Source of the DNA: Tubiluchus corallicola
Taxonomy: Eukaryota; Animalia; Priapulida
DNA length: 64,000 nt
Direction of reading: 5' to 3'
Assembly: GCA_030141605.1 (NCBI GenBank)
Contig: JAQGDQ010000004.1
Coordinates: forward strand, 1,488,001-1,552,000
A program made the position numbers and the translations under genes. This document shows, in pieces, positions 21,762 to 34,420 of this stretch. The first letter of the stretch is position 1; every line of letters begins with the position of its first letter. A model generated the notes under the pieces. That model made no database searches, was not told where the DNA came from, and saw only the letters and a program-made list of their open reading frames with translations.

Positions 21762-23684
21762 GTAACATTAATGGTAAACAAAAACTTGGGGGGATTTTGT
21801 TTCTGGACACTGGATCTTGACGATTTTGCTCAAATTTGCCCAGAGAGTTCAAGAAATTTTGCTTTATTGGCACACATCTTCAATGAGCTTGATAAAGTCA
21901 CCAAAGAGATCTCCAAAATAATTGCAACAATTGACAAACAAATTGATAAAAACAGAGTAAGTAAACAAGGATTCAACGAGACGATTCCAACTGAAACCAC
22001 ATCAAGCGAACAGCAGACGCGTGAAGAAGAACCGTCAATAGCTGGCACACTACCCACAATCACTGAACAACTGATATCTGACAGTACAACTATTGAAACA
22101 CCAAAAACAATAACCGAGTTTACTGAAGAATCCAAAACTGATATTACGTTTACAGATAAAGAATTATCATTGCCCACAACCACTGAGCAACTGATACTTG
22201 ACAGCATAGTTACCGAAGCACCACCAACATTAACCACGTTAGCAGAAGAGGCCAAAACTGATACTACGTTTGGTGATGAAGGGTTATCATTATCCACAAC
22301 CACTGAACAGCTAATAGCTGCCAGTGCACCTACTGAAGCACTAACAACAGTAACCAAGTTTAATAAAGAATCCAAGACTGACACTATTTTTACCGATGAG
22401 GAGTTATCATTGCCTACAGCCACTGAACAGCAAATAACTGACAGTACAGCTAGTGAAGTACTAACAACCATAACCAATTTTACCGAAGAACCAAAAACTG
22501 ATGATACCGTTTCTGATGAAGGATTTTCATTACTCATAACAACCAAACAGCCCCCAACTGGCAGTACAGATAATGGAGCACCAGAAAGAGTAACCAAATT
22601 CATTGAAGAACCCAAAACTGATACTACTGTTACTGATGAAGGGCAATCATTTCCTACAACCTCTGAACTTCTGATAACTGGCAGTACAGATACTGAAGCA
22701 CCAACAACAGTAACCAAGCTTACTAAAGAATCCAAAACTGATGCTACTGTTATTAATGAAGCACAATCGTCACTTATAACTACCCAGTATCTGTTCATTA
22801 ATAGCACAGCTACTGGAGCACCAATAGTAACCAAGTTTACTGAAGAACCCAAAACTGATACTACTTTCATTGATGAAGGGTTATCGCTGCCCACAACCAC
22901 TGAGTATCTGCTAACTGACAGCATTGCTACTGATGAACCAACAACAGTAATCAAGCCAACTGGAGAATATGAGACATCACCTATTTTTACTGACAAATTA
23001 TCAACGGCGACAATCACTGAGACATCAATAACTGACTTTTCAATTTCCACCGAGCCATTAACTCCAACATCTAGTGAAGAACTAACTACAGTTGATGTTT
23101 TGTTGACGTTAACAACTCAGTGCAACGAAATTGAATTCAAATGCCCTAACAATGGATTATTTATTGACCCAACAGATTGCAGACGATTTTACCAATGCGC
23201 ATTTTGGGGCACAGTTCACGAAAGAGCTTTTCTGCACAGATGTCCCGATCTGTTGGTTTTTGATAGCGATACAGGTTTCTGCAACTGGTCCCATCGCGTC
23301 AATGTGGCAGACATTTGTAGATGTGGAGAACAACTGTCACTGGCAACTACTACTGGTTCAACAACAGCTGCAACACTGACAGGTGTTGCTAAATCAGTAA
23401 CAAGGCACCCACAAGTGATAAATATGCATCAAGATCGTATTGCAACTAGAAGATTGCCTTCTTATTGCAATGTGTGGTCATTCACTTGTCCACGTAATGG
23501 GTTATTCATAGATCCTACTAACTGCAAACGCTTTTACCAATGTTCTTTTTGGGGAACAAAGTATGAACGTGCTTATCTTCGTAGATGTCCTGATCATCTG
23601 GTTTTTGACGCTAGACTTGTTATTTGCAACTGGCCCAGTCATGTGAATGTTGGTGCCACTTGTCGGTGTGGCGAAGAAGTATAG
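21762..23684 (+). CDS. GH18 chitinase last exon: end of catalytic domain, Thr/Glu-rich repeat linker, two CBM14-like chitin-binding domains
   Basis: LGGFCFWTLDLDDF (motif IV), about eight 40-aa repeats, two C-rich domains with GLFIDPxxCxRFYQC...CPxxLVFD...CNW; stop TAG ends at 23684. Confidence 0.96.
   Translation, partial: VTLMVNKNLGGFCFWTLDLDDFAQICPESSRNFALLAHIFNELDKVTKEISKIIATIDKQIDKNRVSKQGFNETIPTETTSSEQQTREEEPSIAGTLPTITEQLISDSTTIETPKTITEFTEESKTDITFTDKELSLPTTTEQLILDSIVTEAPPTLTTLAEEAKTDTTFGDEGLSLSTTTEQLIAASAPTEALTTVTKFNKESKTDTIFTDEELSLPTATEQQITDSTASEVLTTITNFTEEPKTDDTVSDEGFSLLITTKQPPTGSTDNGAPERVTKFIEEPKTDTTVTDEGQSFPTTSELLITGSTDTEAPTTVTKLTKESKTDATVINEAQSSLITTQYLFINSTATGAPIVTKFTEEPKTDTTFIDEGLSLPTTTEYLLTDSIATDEPTTVIKPTGEYETSPIFTDKLSTATITETSITDFSISTEPLTPTSSEELTTVDVLLTLTTQCNEIEFKCPNNGLFIDPTDCRRFYQCAFWGTVHERAFLHRCPDLLVFDSDTGFCNWSHRVNVADICRCGEQLSLATTTGSTTAATLTGVAKSVTRHPQVINMHQDRIATRRLPSYCNVWSFTCPRNGLFIDPTNCKRFYQCSFWGTKYERAYLRRCPDHLVFDARLVICNWPSHVNVGATCRCGEEV
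22050..23003 (+). repeat. Coding tandem repeat, about 8 x 120 bp (40 aa)
   Basis: Unit consensus approximately LPTTTEQLITDSTxTEAPTTVTKFTEExKTDTTFTDEGLS; unit 7 is one codon shorter. Confidence 0.93.
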
Positions 23685-26600
23685 CTTGTAAATAATGTAT
23701 AAACTGGAACAAGTTCAGTATGTTATACGAAGTTATCTATTAATTCTTGCGGTTTTGTTGTAAATATTACGCTTTCCATTAGTTGGAATTCAGTGGTGTT
23801 ATACACTTAAATTACCTGCGACTGTGGCCTTTCTACATATAGGTGAAACTTACCATAACGTGCCAAGCCGCAAAAAGCTATTGAAATAATGAGTATATAT
23901 GAATAACGAAAAGATATAGCAGCTTGCCCAGCCCATCTTGCAATGATTTTTATATAAGAATAAATTAAAATTAAAAGAGGCGACATGCGCCAAAATTAAG
24001 TGTCTAAATAAAATAGCAACAAGTACCTACAAATGGTGTTTTTATTACTTAGTCACTTGGGAATTTAACAATAACTTTAATGCAAAATGGCACCAGTTTT
24101 GTAGTTCAAATCTAACTGCTACGTTTAATAAAATGTGCGATAAATCGTTCTTGTTCGATTTTATTAAACAGTACGTTTTCTATCGTGCCTTATTCTCGAA
24201 TATGTTTTACTTGCAATCTACAGAAGAATACTTGAGATTAAAGAGAATTTGTTTAAGTCCTGTGCAGTCATCCTCTAAAACGGAAAGTAAGTCCCGCGTT
24301 CAAACATAATCGGACATGAGTTTTTGCTACCGCCCGATAGTATAAAATTTATTCTATAACTGTAAGTAACAGAAAACAACATGGAGAAATCGCTTTATTA
24401 CTGCGAAGTTAATTATAACTTACAATAATTCCTAACTTAGGTAAGTAAATACCTTTATTTGTTTGCCATTTTCAGGAATTCAAATAGCTGATAAGTAACT
24501 TTCCGAAAACAATATGACTAATAACGTTTAAATACGGCCTGTGGAAAGAAAATATTCTTTTTGCGTTAGCTTTCTTGACTTTTCCTTTTCTTTGCACATT
24601 CACTGGCTTATTTGTTCAGAGTTAAACAGCTCTGCTTGTATCAGATTGCATCCTGATTACCCTCTATTCACTCTAATCTAGATACATAATGAGCATTAAC
24701 GTTTGCCCAGCATCATCCAGTATCTTGTGTTTCGTAACAAGATGAAGTGGATAATAATGAAGCTTGTGCAAAATGGGATGAAGTGCTGATGGGATGCACA
24801 AGATAGGTGACGTTCTAAATAATTTACACAGCCGAGACAGGGCCGTTTTCGGGCTATAATAGAAAACAATAAGATAAAATACAATTAAATACGATGCGAT
24901 GTGATGGGGAGGATGTAAATTACTAATGATATGATGTTATAAAATAAAATAATGTAAAATGAATCGGTTGGAAACAATATTAAATAAAACGAAATAATGA
25001 GAAACAAAACAAAAACGTTAACAAAGGAAAAACAAAATAATACTCTGATAGTTTAAAATTTAAAATGAAGTTTATATAATTAAGAGGATGAACGAAGATT
25101 TGTGTGTATAATTTTTTGAGGCATTCATCAAGGTTTTAGGAATTTTATGGAACAAAGTCATGGAAATTTGGACAATAACCATATGTAGTGCATACACATA
25201 TAATCTATAGCCTAAGTGGTCACAACATTTACACAGTCGTATTTAGTAGTTGCATTGTACTTCTCCTATGAACTGCTAATTTATTTATGGTATTGCGATA
25301 GATGCAATTTAATTATAATAAACGAAACTTGCGATATCTTACTTTACTGAATAAAGAAACGTAGAAAATTTTAAAGAGTCAGATTGTCATGAGCAATTTA
25401 AGTGCATATACATTAGAGCAAATGTAGCATATCGCAAATGCAGAGGATGACTCTGTGTTGTTTCGACATGAATATGACCCCTGGATGAGTCAAATATGTA
25501 AAAAAATCGACAGATGACAGTCGCGCGGCAAATGGTAGTCGATGAATGATCATCGTCATCACCATGACGTAAGTGTTATATTTTGATAACAGGAATAAAT
25601 AAAAGTCTGTTCTTATCGTTCGTTCCACAGGTTTTTATTTTCAAGAATACATTGTCACACTTCGGCTACAAAAAAACGGGTTGTGTGTTTAGCTTAATGA
25701 TCAAGAATTCAAGAGAAGTTGACAAGGTGAAGCGAATTGCATCTTCTTCAGTTATACAGTGTGCCACAACCTAAAATTAATTTCGTAATACGTTAACAAT
25801 TTATTTGACTATCAAATGTGATACATCAATCGTAAACAAATAATATTAGTCTAATTTATACCAACAATTGGATACATCTTATTAGTAACTGCTGCTTTGT
25901 ATTATCATAAATTACTGGTTGTACATTTACACACTGGCTTATACTTATTTTTGGTTTAACGTAATTCATGTCAATAGCATGAACATGCTAAATAAAACTG
26001 CTGCTTTGTAGTATCACAAATATTACTATTTGTCCATTTACATTCTAGTATATGCACTTTATATTGTTTAGTTTTGTAACTTCCTGATATGAAGTATATC
26101 CCATGCATGTGGTGTCCTAAATGTAAACGTTTCCAGTTTATAAGCGCTCTGTAACTAAGTTCATGTAGGATCTTAGTTTAATGTTGTTACAACGTGTTAG
26201 TTTTGTGTTGATTTATTGCCATTGTTATCGTGTTGACGGCTCTCAATCAAAAAACTATCATTTATTGCTAGTAATTAAAGGTGATGATGAAAAGCGACAA
26301 GGACAGGTGTGAGCAGCCCGCACAGGACGGGATGCTAATTAAGCCAGTAATCAGACAGTTATACACGCCATCACATATTTCTTTCACGCGTTTCAGCTGC
26401 TTGCTTTTATTTTTTCCGTCTCTCTTTCTTTTTCTTTTTTCTCTCTTCCACTCTTTCCCTACGGTCTTTTGTTTTATTTTCACTGCTTTTTTACGAATTT
26501 TTCTCTACATTCGCCTTGTTCCTTAATTATACAATTGCCATTTTACAGCTTAGCTAGTAATTAGTACAATGTACTAAATAACCAAACAGTTTTTTACTAA

Positions 26601-28984
26601 TTACACAGTTTTTGTATTCAGTTTTTGAATTATAATTCTTTTACAGCTGCCTTGTGTTTTTTGGTTCTTCCCAAAATAGCACTTCGTCTATGTTCAATGG
26701 ATAGATAGTTAACTGCAGGGATTTATGGTTTACTATATGTGGCCTCGTGCAAGTATTCTTTGTGGATGTAAATCGTAAAGCCTGGAATTGATATAACTGA
26801 TAAAACCATAAAGAACTGGAACGGTACAACGTTCCAATATAATCAACTGAATAGTTAGTGAAAAATCGAATTTATCATTTCTTTATTGTTGAATTATTTT
26901 TTATTAATGACGGTAGTAAGTTTGAGATCAAAAAATCAGTAGATGGTTTCTCCTACTAGTCTGTTTTGTTTCTCTGTGCCTTATCTTATTTAATTTCTGA
27001 TTTCTTTGTGTTATACAATTGCCTCTCCCTTGCATTCATGTCTTTCTCACTCTCCTCTTCGTATATATCACAGTTATTAATTAACCTGTGAAGGGAGTAA
27101 TAAGGGCTGATGATCATAATTATAGGAGCCTGGCATCACTGATCACTTAATTAGCGTTGACTGATATTAATAGTATTGATAAAATCTGACAATGAGACAT
27201 AAAAAATTGGTTAGTGTTAAAAACCAGACAAGATCTCCCGGCGTAGTAAAGGCCTCATTGCTTGATAACAACGCTATGCTTGTGCGCCATTTTAATTATT
27301 ATATTAACGTAATCAATTTGTTATAACAGCACTACGCACAAGTGCCATAACTTGAAACATTATATTGGTTATTTTTACTGCGAACCTTTAACTTTAAAAT
27401 TAGCCCAACAACTTTATTAATAAAAAACTAGTCTACTACAACTATTTCTTCGCTATGATATCGCCACGATTCTTTAATCAGTATGAATGTAGTTAACTGG
27501 ACACAGATGCTGTAGAACCGTATGACTCCGAATAAAGCAAAAATGGCAAAAAGTTGCTTGTTCGTTGCACAGCGTAAAAGATTTATTCGATAGGTGTTTC
27601 GTAAACCTTTACCAATTCTCCACCGATATAGGTGAGCTTTATTCACCTTTATTCACCTCAGACGTGAAATCAAAGGGTATGGCTACCGAACATTGCTGGT
27701 TTATTCCACTATTAATTATAATCTTGCAATTAACGTTATGCACAATTAGTTATGAACGTTGTTGATGAACATATTTAAGATACTTTTACGTTTTACACTT
27801 CTGTTGCGTGGTTTTTCCTCGCACCTGAAGCAACATACCTGCCGCCCTAATTAAAGGCACTGCATCCACGCCACCACCAAATATGGTCAGTCCAGCTTCA
27901 GGTGCCGACAGACACGAATTGTTGTAATTACGTCTTTTAAAACGCGATCTAGAGGTGCTAAGGGCGGGATGGGCGAGCGTCCTGTTCGTGTCTACCATAA
28001 TTATTGAAAGTGCAGAAATTTAGATATCGTCTGCACTACTTTCAACTTTCAATGACAACGGGAATGATTATTGTCATTCCTAAAACTGTGAAAGAAATTT
28101 CTATATAAATCATATTTATTTCTGTATAAACAAGCCAATCTTGAAAAATTAGACGACATCAAGTCGGCTTCTGTAAGATGCTTGAGTACGAAAAAAAATT
28201 AATTTAAAATGCCAATGTGAACATGGGGCAAATGTGTAATTTGTATCGACTCATCAACCAGCTGATGTCTGATAGACTTTTTTCAAATGCAAATAGGTTT
28301 GCGGTTGCATGTCGGTTTTTTATATACAAGATTATTAGCCATATCGAGTTTCTTTTGCTTTGCATTGGACGAATTTTGATTAAATCAATATCGGATATAA
28401 GCTTTCAGATTAATTGGCCCACCGTCACTCATGTTTTGCTAAAAATTTAACTCTGAAAAGTTACTAAAACTAGTATTTTATGGAAAACCTAAAAGATATC
28501 TTTTTTGAACAGAGAGCAAGAGCATTTTAAAAAATACATTGTTTTGAATCAATGTAGTAAAAGTTGCTGTAAAATTTTTTTCGGAGTTGCGATATAAATT
28601 ATTTCAACGCTCAGTGTGCTATTATATGTGTTACAATGGTAACTTACACAAGTCTGTCTCTATTCGATAGTAATGGAATTTAGGTAAATGCAGCTAACAA
28701 CATCTTTGCCATGAGATATCCATTATCTTTGACACAACGTATACGGATTACTCTGTATTTTAACTAATTGGAATCTTAACGTTACTAATTAGGTTTGAGT
28801 TGCTAGTCTTCGCCGGCTTACAGGCATACGTGCTACCGACAAAGACAGTATTCAACCTGTTATTTACCTGCTCATTAAGCTGTAAAAATAATTAATACTT
28901 TAAGTTGAAATAATTTTAACTTATTTGTAACATGACTACAGGCTAAATTGACAAGGCCCTCTAAAGTATCGCTTTATTGCCTGC

Positions 28985-29260
<276 letters not shown>

Positions 29261-32069
29261 ACGCACTTCTAAATAGTTCGTCCTCTTTCGTCTCTCTACC
29301 TCTTCGCACCTTCGCTCGCTGACATAAAAACCATTAAATTATAATCTATATAACTGCTTGAAATTCTCAAAATCTGTACTATGTTGCAACTTGTAATTAT
29401 CGAGTTTGTTGTTACTATGCACATTGTAATTCTGTAAACAGAAAATTAAACTAGTTAGCTGTAAAGTAAGTCTTTCCAAAGTGCGGATGTCTACTTCAAA
29501 TTAAGCCAAAAGTAATTATTATCCCTTTCAATTAAATTTTAGACTTTTCGTCATTGCTTTTCTTTTTCCAATTTCTGCTTGGGTTTCTTCATCTTTTTTA
29601 ATTGCTGGTTTATTAGTCTTTCGGTCATTTTATTCTGTTCATTTTTTCACTATTTTTTGCTGGCAAAATCGTTTTTATTTGTTTACATTTAGCAGTATTA
29701 TAAAAACATTTTAACTAATTTATTCAACCATTTAAAACCACGCGCTTTTCACAGCATCTGCGTTGTTTAAAAAAGCTATTATATAGCTCCGCTTTACGTG
29801 AATACTATTATAGAGATGATAATCGAGAAACCATCAGCATCAGAGCGTCTATAATTGCGTTGAGATGTTGTCATAGATACCCAGATGCCGCCTCTTCTCC
29901 CAGAGTCAGCATCAAAAGAGTCGTTTGGCTCCTTAGCGAATTATCCTTTCATATTTTTAGACGAGGGTGAAGATAAAAAGATGAAGATTGCTAGGAAAAA
30001 TTTATTAAAGAACGCAACTTTCGTATAGATTTCATAAAAATACAAGCCGAGTCAAAAGTGAAAAATGGTTTTAGGTATTTCTTATTAGAGCGCCATAAAG
30101 TTTGTAAATACAAAAATGGTATAATAAATCCAAAGTTATTAAATCTTTTAAGCCAAACTTAACTGAAAGTAAAACAATGAGGATTTTTCAACTTTACTGC
30201 AATTGCAATTTAACTGTTGAAAACAAGACCATTTTATACAGCGTACTTAATTGTAAAAAAACTACCAGCACACTTGGCAGCAAAATCAAAACTTGCCCCG
30301 CTTTTTACAAAAAATTACTCCAGAAATCAAGAAACACCAAGAAATTCGATATTGCTTAATAATGTTCAAAATTTTTAGTCATGAATTTCAAATGAAATCA
30401 AATCACAATTACAAACGCCTAAATGCTGTTGTAAATGCTGATTTTTTAGGTATAATCGAAGATGAAAAAACTGCCTACTGAAATGCCCTATTTTAAACTT
30501 ATTAAAACGTATTTCAATAGCTTCTTAAATAACTGCAGTTCCCAATTCGCCTCTACATCTCAAGAAGAAAAATTCAAATTTTTACTAATCTTAAATAAAA
30601 TAAAATGAATTTTATCAAAGAATTTGTTGGACTCATTAACGCGATTACCGGAAATAATGTGATAATTCTTAAAGTTCAGCATTTAGGTTTGTATCTGTTT
30701 TATGATTTTGACTTTGTTTTGAAATTCAGATTTTAATTTGATTCTGATTTTTTTATATTTTAAGTTTATTAGTAGCTGTGTCAGCATACTACAAACTTAT
30801 AAATAGTTCATGGTATTTAAAGTACTTCACTTTAGAAATGCGGAAAAGGTGAGAAATGTAGAAAAAAATTATCAAGTACGATCATAGGTTGCAGCAGTCA
30901 GTTTGTTAGTCAGTCAGCCAGCAATTCAGTCAATAAGTTAATTAGTCAGGCCGTCTGTACGCCCGTTTTGGATTTAATACAATGCTTAAGCCCACACAAC
31001 AAAACAAGAAAAATTTCTGGAGGTTAAGCTTTTAAAAAATCAAATTTGATCACATAGGCCTTGGAACAATTTGCCAGATGGCAATATATGAGCGCATAGT
31101 GACTCACTGTCGTAACGCATCTCTTGTGATCTTTGATTGGTCATACGCGTGCAATGCAAGTCTGCCTTCTGGTATCATTAGCACGTGATTTATGTTAAAT
31201 TACTCACATATTTGTCACATTTCGGTTTTAATATATACCCCATAGGCCTATATTGGTCTGAAACTCTGTATCGAAATCACTGCATATATGTAATTAACCG
31301 TTTTTGATTCGAGCGTCATAACTTTTGTAGAGATCTTGGGAAAAAGTAATATGCAGATGAACAAATGTTGATGGCAATATTAATGTAAAAAGCTAATATT
31401 ATAGGTAAAATTTTAAATTTTTGTGTCTTAGGCGTATTGCACTCTGCATATAACATACTGCTGATTGTGTCGGGTATATAGTACTAATATAAACACACTT
31501 TTAATCATCTAACATGTGATTCAGGATATTATAGTAGAAAATCCTAAATTATAAAGGACGATCATAGAAGAGTTAGTTTGCTACAGATTAAACCACGTAC
31601 GTATGAACTTCCGACTAGTAAACGTACGTTTGCGTTTCAAATTTTTTCTCTTTTAAACTGCATAAATTCGTCTGTTATTATTTATTTTTTACAAGCAGGC
31701 AAGCTGCAAGCTAGGATCCAGCACTCAATGGAAAGCACTCAATATTTTAATAGCTCTGACAGGACCAAAATCTTGCCAGTTATCAAGTCCTCCCAACGAA
31801 ATAGATATCTGAGGGAACACGTGTTTTAGCCTCGTCCGAATACGTACACAACCTTATCCTTCGAATGAAATAGGAGGTCCTTGAAGCAGTATGGCAATGA
31901 AACAAATGCCAGAAGTGAGTTTCTTATCGTTACCCATTCATTGCTAACCATCGCTACTTAACTACACGCGTGGCCTCTCAACTCTTTACCCAACTCATTG
32001 AAAAGAAAATAATACAAACATACACTGTTTTATTGAATGTATTGCGTAAGAATTGTGGCTAATGTATTT

Positions 32070-32265
<196 letters not shown>

Positions 32266-33199
32266 TATATTAAAATAAAAGCAAATTCTTACACGTGTTT
32301 ATAATAACATGCAAAACAAATTAAACTAAAGAAAAGTTATAACAGAAGAAATAATAATAACAAATAAGTAATAATTGAAGAAACTCAATATGCATTAAAA
32401 TACTAATGAAAGCAATAAATGAGTAAGCACAAACTGTGGCTTCACCATATTTATTTCTGTAAAGCTTTTACACACTCTATATAGATGGGCAGATGGCATG
32501 TTGTTATGGTAATTATTCAGTGTAGTTTGACATGTTGCAATCGGAATATCTTGGCACGTGGACGGATCATAATCGATTAAATCATCGAATGATATCAATA
32601 CTGTTAATTTATTGGTTTCTTTTATTGTTCTTCTCTAGCAAAACATTACGAAACGTATTATTTATTGTCTAGTCTGATACTTATTTGAGTATTTTAAAAT
32701 TATGTTTTAGTTTCATTCTCATATGAATGTAAATGTATATAGTTTTTCATAGCAGTTTTGGTTCATGTAATCAGTCCGGATGGCTTATTTCACAGTCTTT
32801 AACCTCGTTCTTTGTGGTTTTGCAAATTACCGTGAAATTGGACAACACATTATACGATCTATCCGACTTGAGCAAAATCAGTTAACATATTATTAACTCT
32901 CTGCCTTCCATGCGCAGTTTACAAGCGCGACGGCGCACAAACTAATGCGAATTGCCAACTAATTAAAATATTGAGTAAAAAACTGACTACGACAAAGTAA
33001 ATTTGCAACATTTTTAAGCTTTGAGTTAATAAGAAAGGCGCAAAATGAAAGCACGCTGAAGGAAGCTAGTAAAATGCGATGCAATAAGCCTATTGCAAAT
33101 GAGCTACGCATATGTTTCTAAAGGGTTAATGAAGTTGAGTCAACAATTAGCGAGTAATTAAGAACGGCTTGTTTACATTAGTGAACTCATATCATTATT

Positions 33200-33300
33200 C
33201 AATTATAATGTTATTAATAATTAGATTCAACAACCAATCACCCAAGGTCTGGGCTTCCATAACTCCGCCTCCGCCCTTTTTATTGGCTAGCTGTTAGCTG
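33200..33300 (+). promoter_or_regulatory. Candidate unc-4/Uncx proximal promoter
   Basis: CCAAT at 33234-33238, GC boxes CCGCCT CCGCCC at 33265-33276, ATTGG at 33282-33286 and TAATgttATTA at 33206-33216, all 100-190 bp upstream of ATG 33391. Confidence 0.6.
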
Positions 33301-33390
33301 CGTTAATTCAGGTATCAAGCATGGTCAGAGCTGCCGACAGTAACAGTTATTCCGCATGTTTTACTGTCCGGTTTTCTAGTGAAGTTGAAT

Positions 33391-33613
33391 ATGTTGGAAT
33401 CAGCGTTTAATCCGGGTTTAAGGGGATGCATGTCGGCTTTTTCTTCGTATGGATCTCCTCTCATGACCTTACAGGGTATGCAATTTGGATTTCCTCAACA
33501 GGCTGTTGCGTACAATGTGGAGAGCTTATTAGGCAGAGATGTCTTGTGCCAGAATAGTTTGTCTGGAAGCATACCGCATTCCGGAACTGGACAAAACCTG
33601 GATAAAAAAATTG
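33391..33613 (+). CDS. unc-4: unc-4/Uncx homeobox gene, probable exon 1
   Basis: MLESAFNPGLRG...AYNVESLLG...DKKI, then G|gtaagt; phase 1 matches the homeobox exon; contains an eh1-like motif. Confidence 0.75.
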
Positions 33614-34167
33614 GTAAGTTTCTGACTAATTTCCAGCCACATCACGTTGGCAAATTTTCAATCTTAGTCAAAGGTAGAAACACAATACTGTATGAATTTA
33701 TTATTTGCTTGAATCTATTCTTTGTAAGCCATTAAAATGTGAATATTTGTTAAATAATAAAATTTAACAAAACTTATTTATCATTAAGGGCCAAAAATGA
33801 TTTTCTTTATTACTCTTATAAACTCTTATAACGTTTTAATATGTCCAGTCAAACACTATAACAGGAAAAAGCAAGCCGTGATGACAGCAATGAAATATTA
33901 TTTGGAACAGTTCGACTGCAATTTTTGTGCAAGGCGACATGAATTTCTATAGTCTAAGGCCTTAAAATTACTTCGACACTGATAACGTGGAGTTAATTAT
34001 TTTTCTAAATTTATACTTCACGCTGCGAATTTAAGATGTAGATAAGATCACAAGCACAAGCGAACTATTTATTATATAGTTAATTTTTCAAATTCTTGAT
34101 AACAACCTATTGCTATAAACATAACAGGAAAGTTTTATATGCAAATAATATTTATGATAACTATAAT

Positions 34168-34420
<253 letters not shown>

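Noticed and set aside
21830-23050. 406-aa antisense ORF
   Set aside because: It shadows the Thr/Glu-rich chitinase repeat, is V/S-rich and has no independent motifs.
27105-27165. CTGATGA...CTGA as a C/D snoRNA or hammerhead core
   Set aside because: No terminal stem, not intronic, and no properly placed GAAA or stems.
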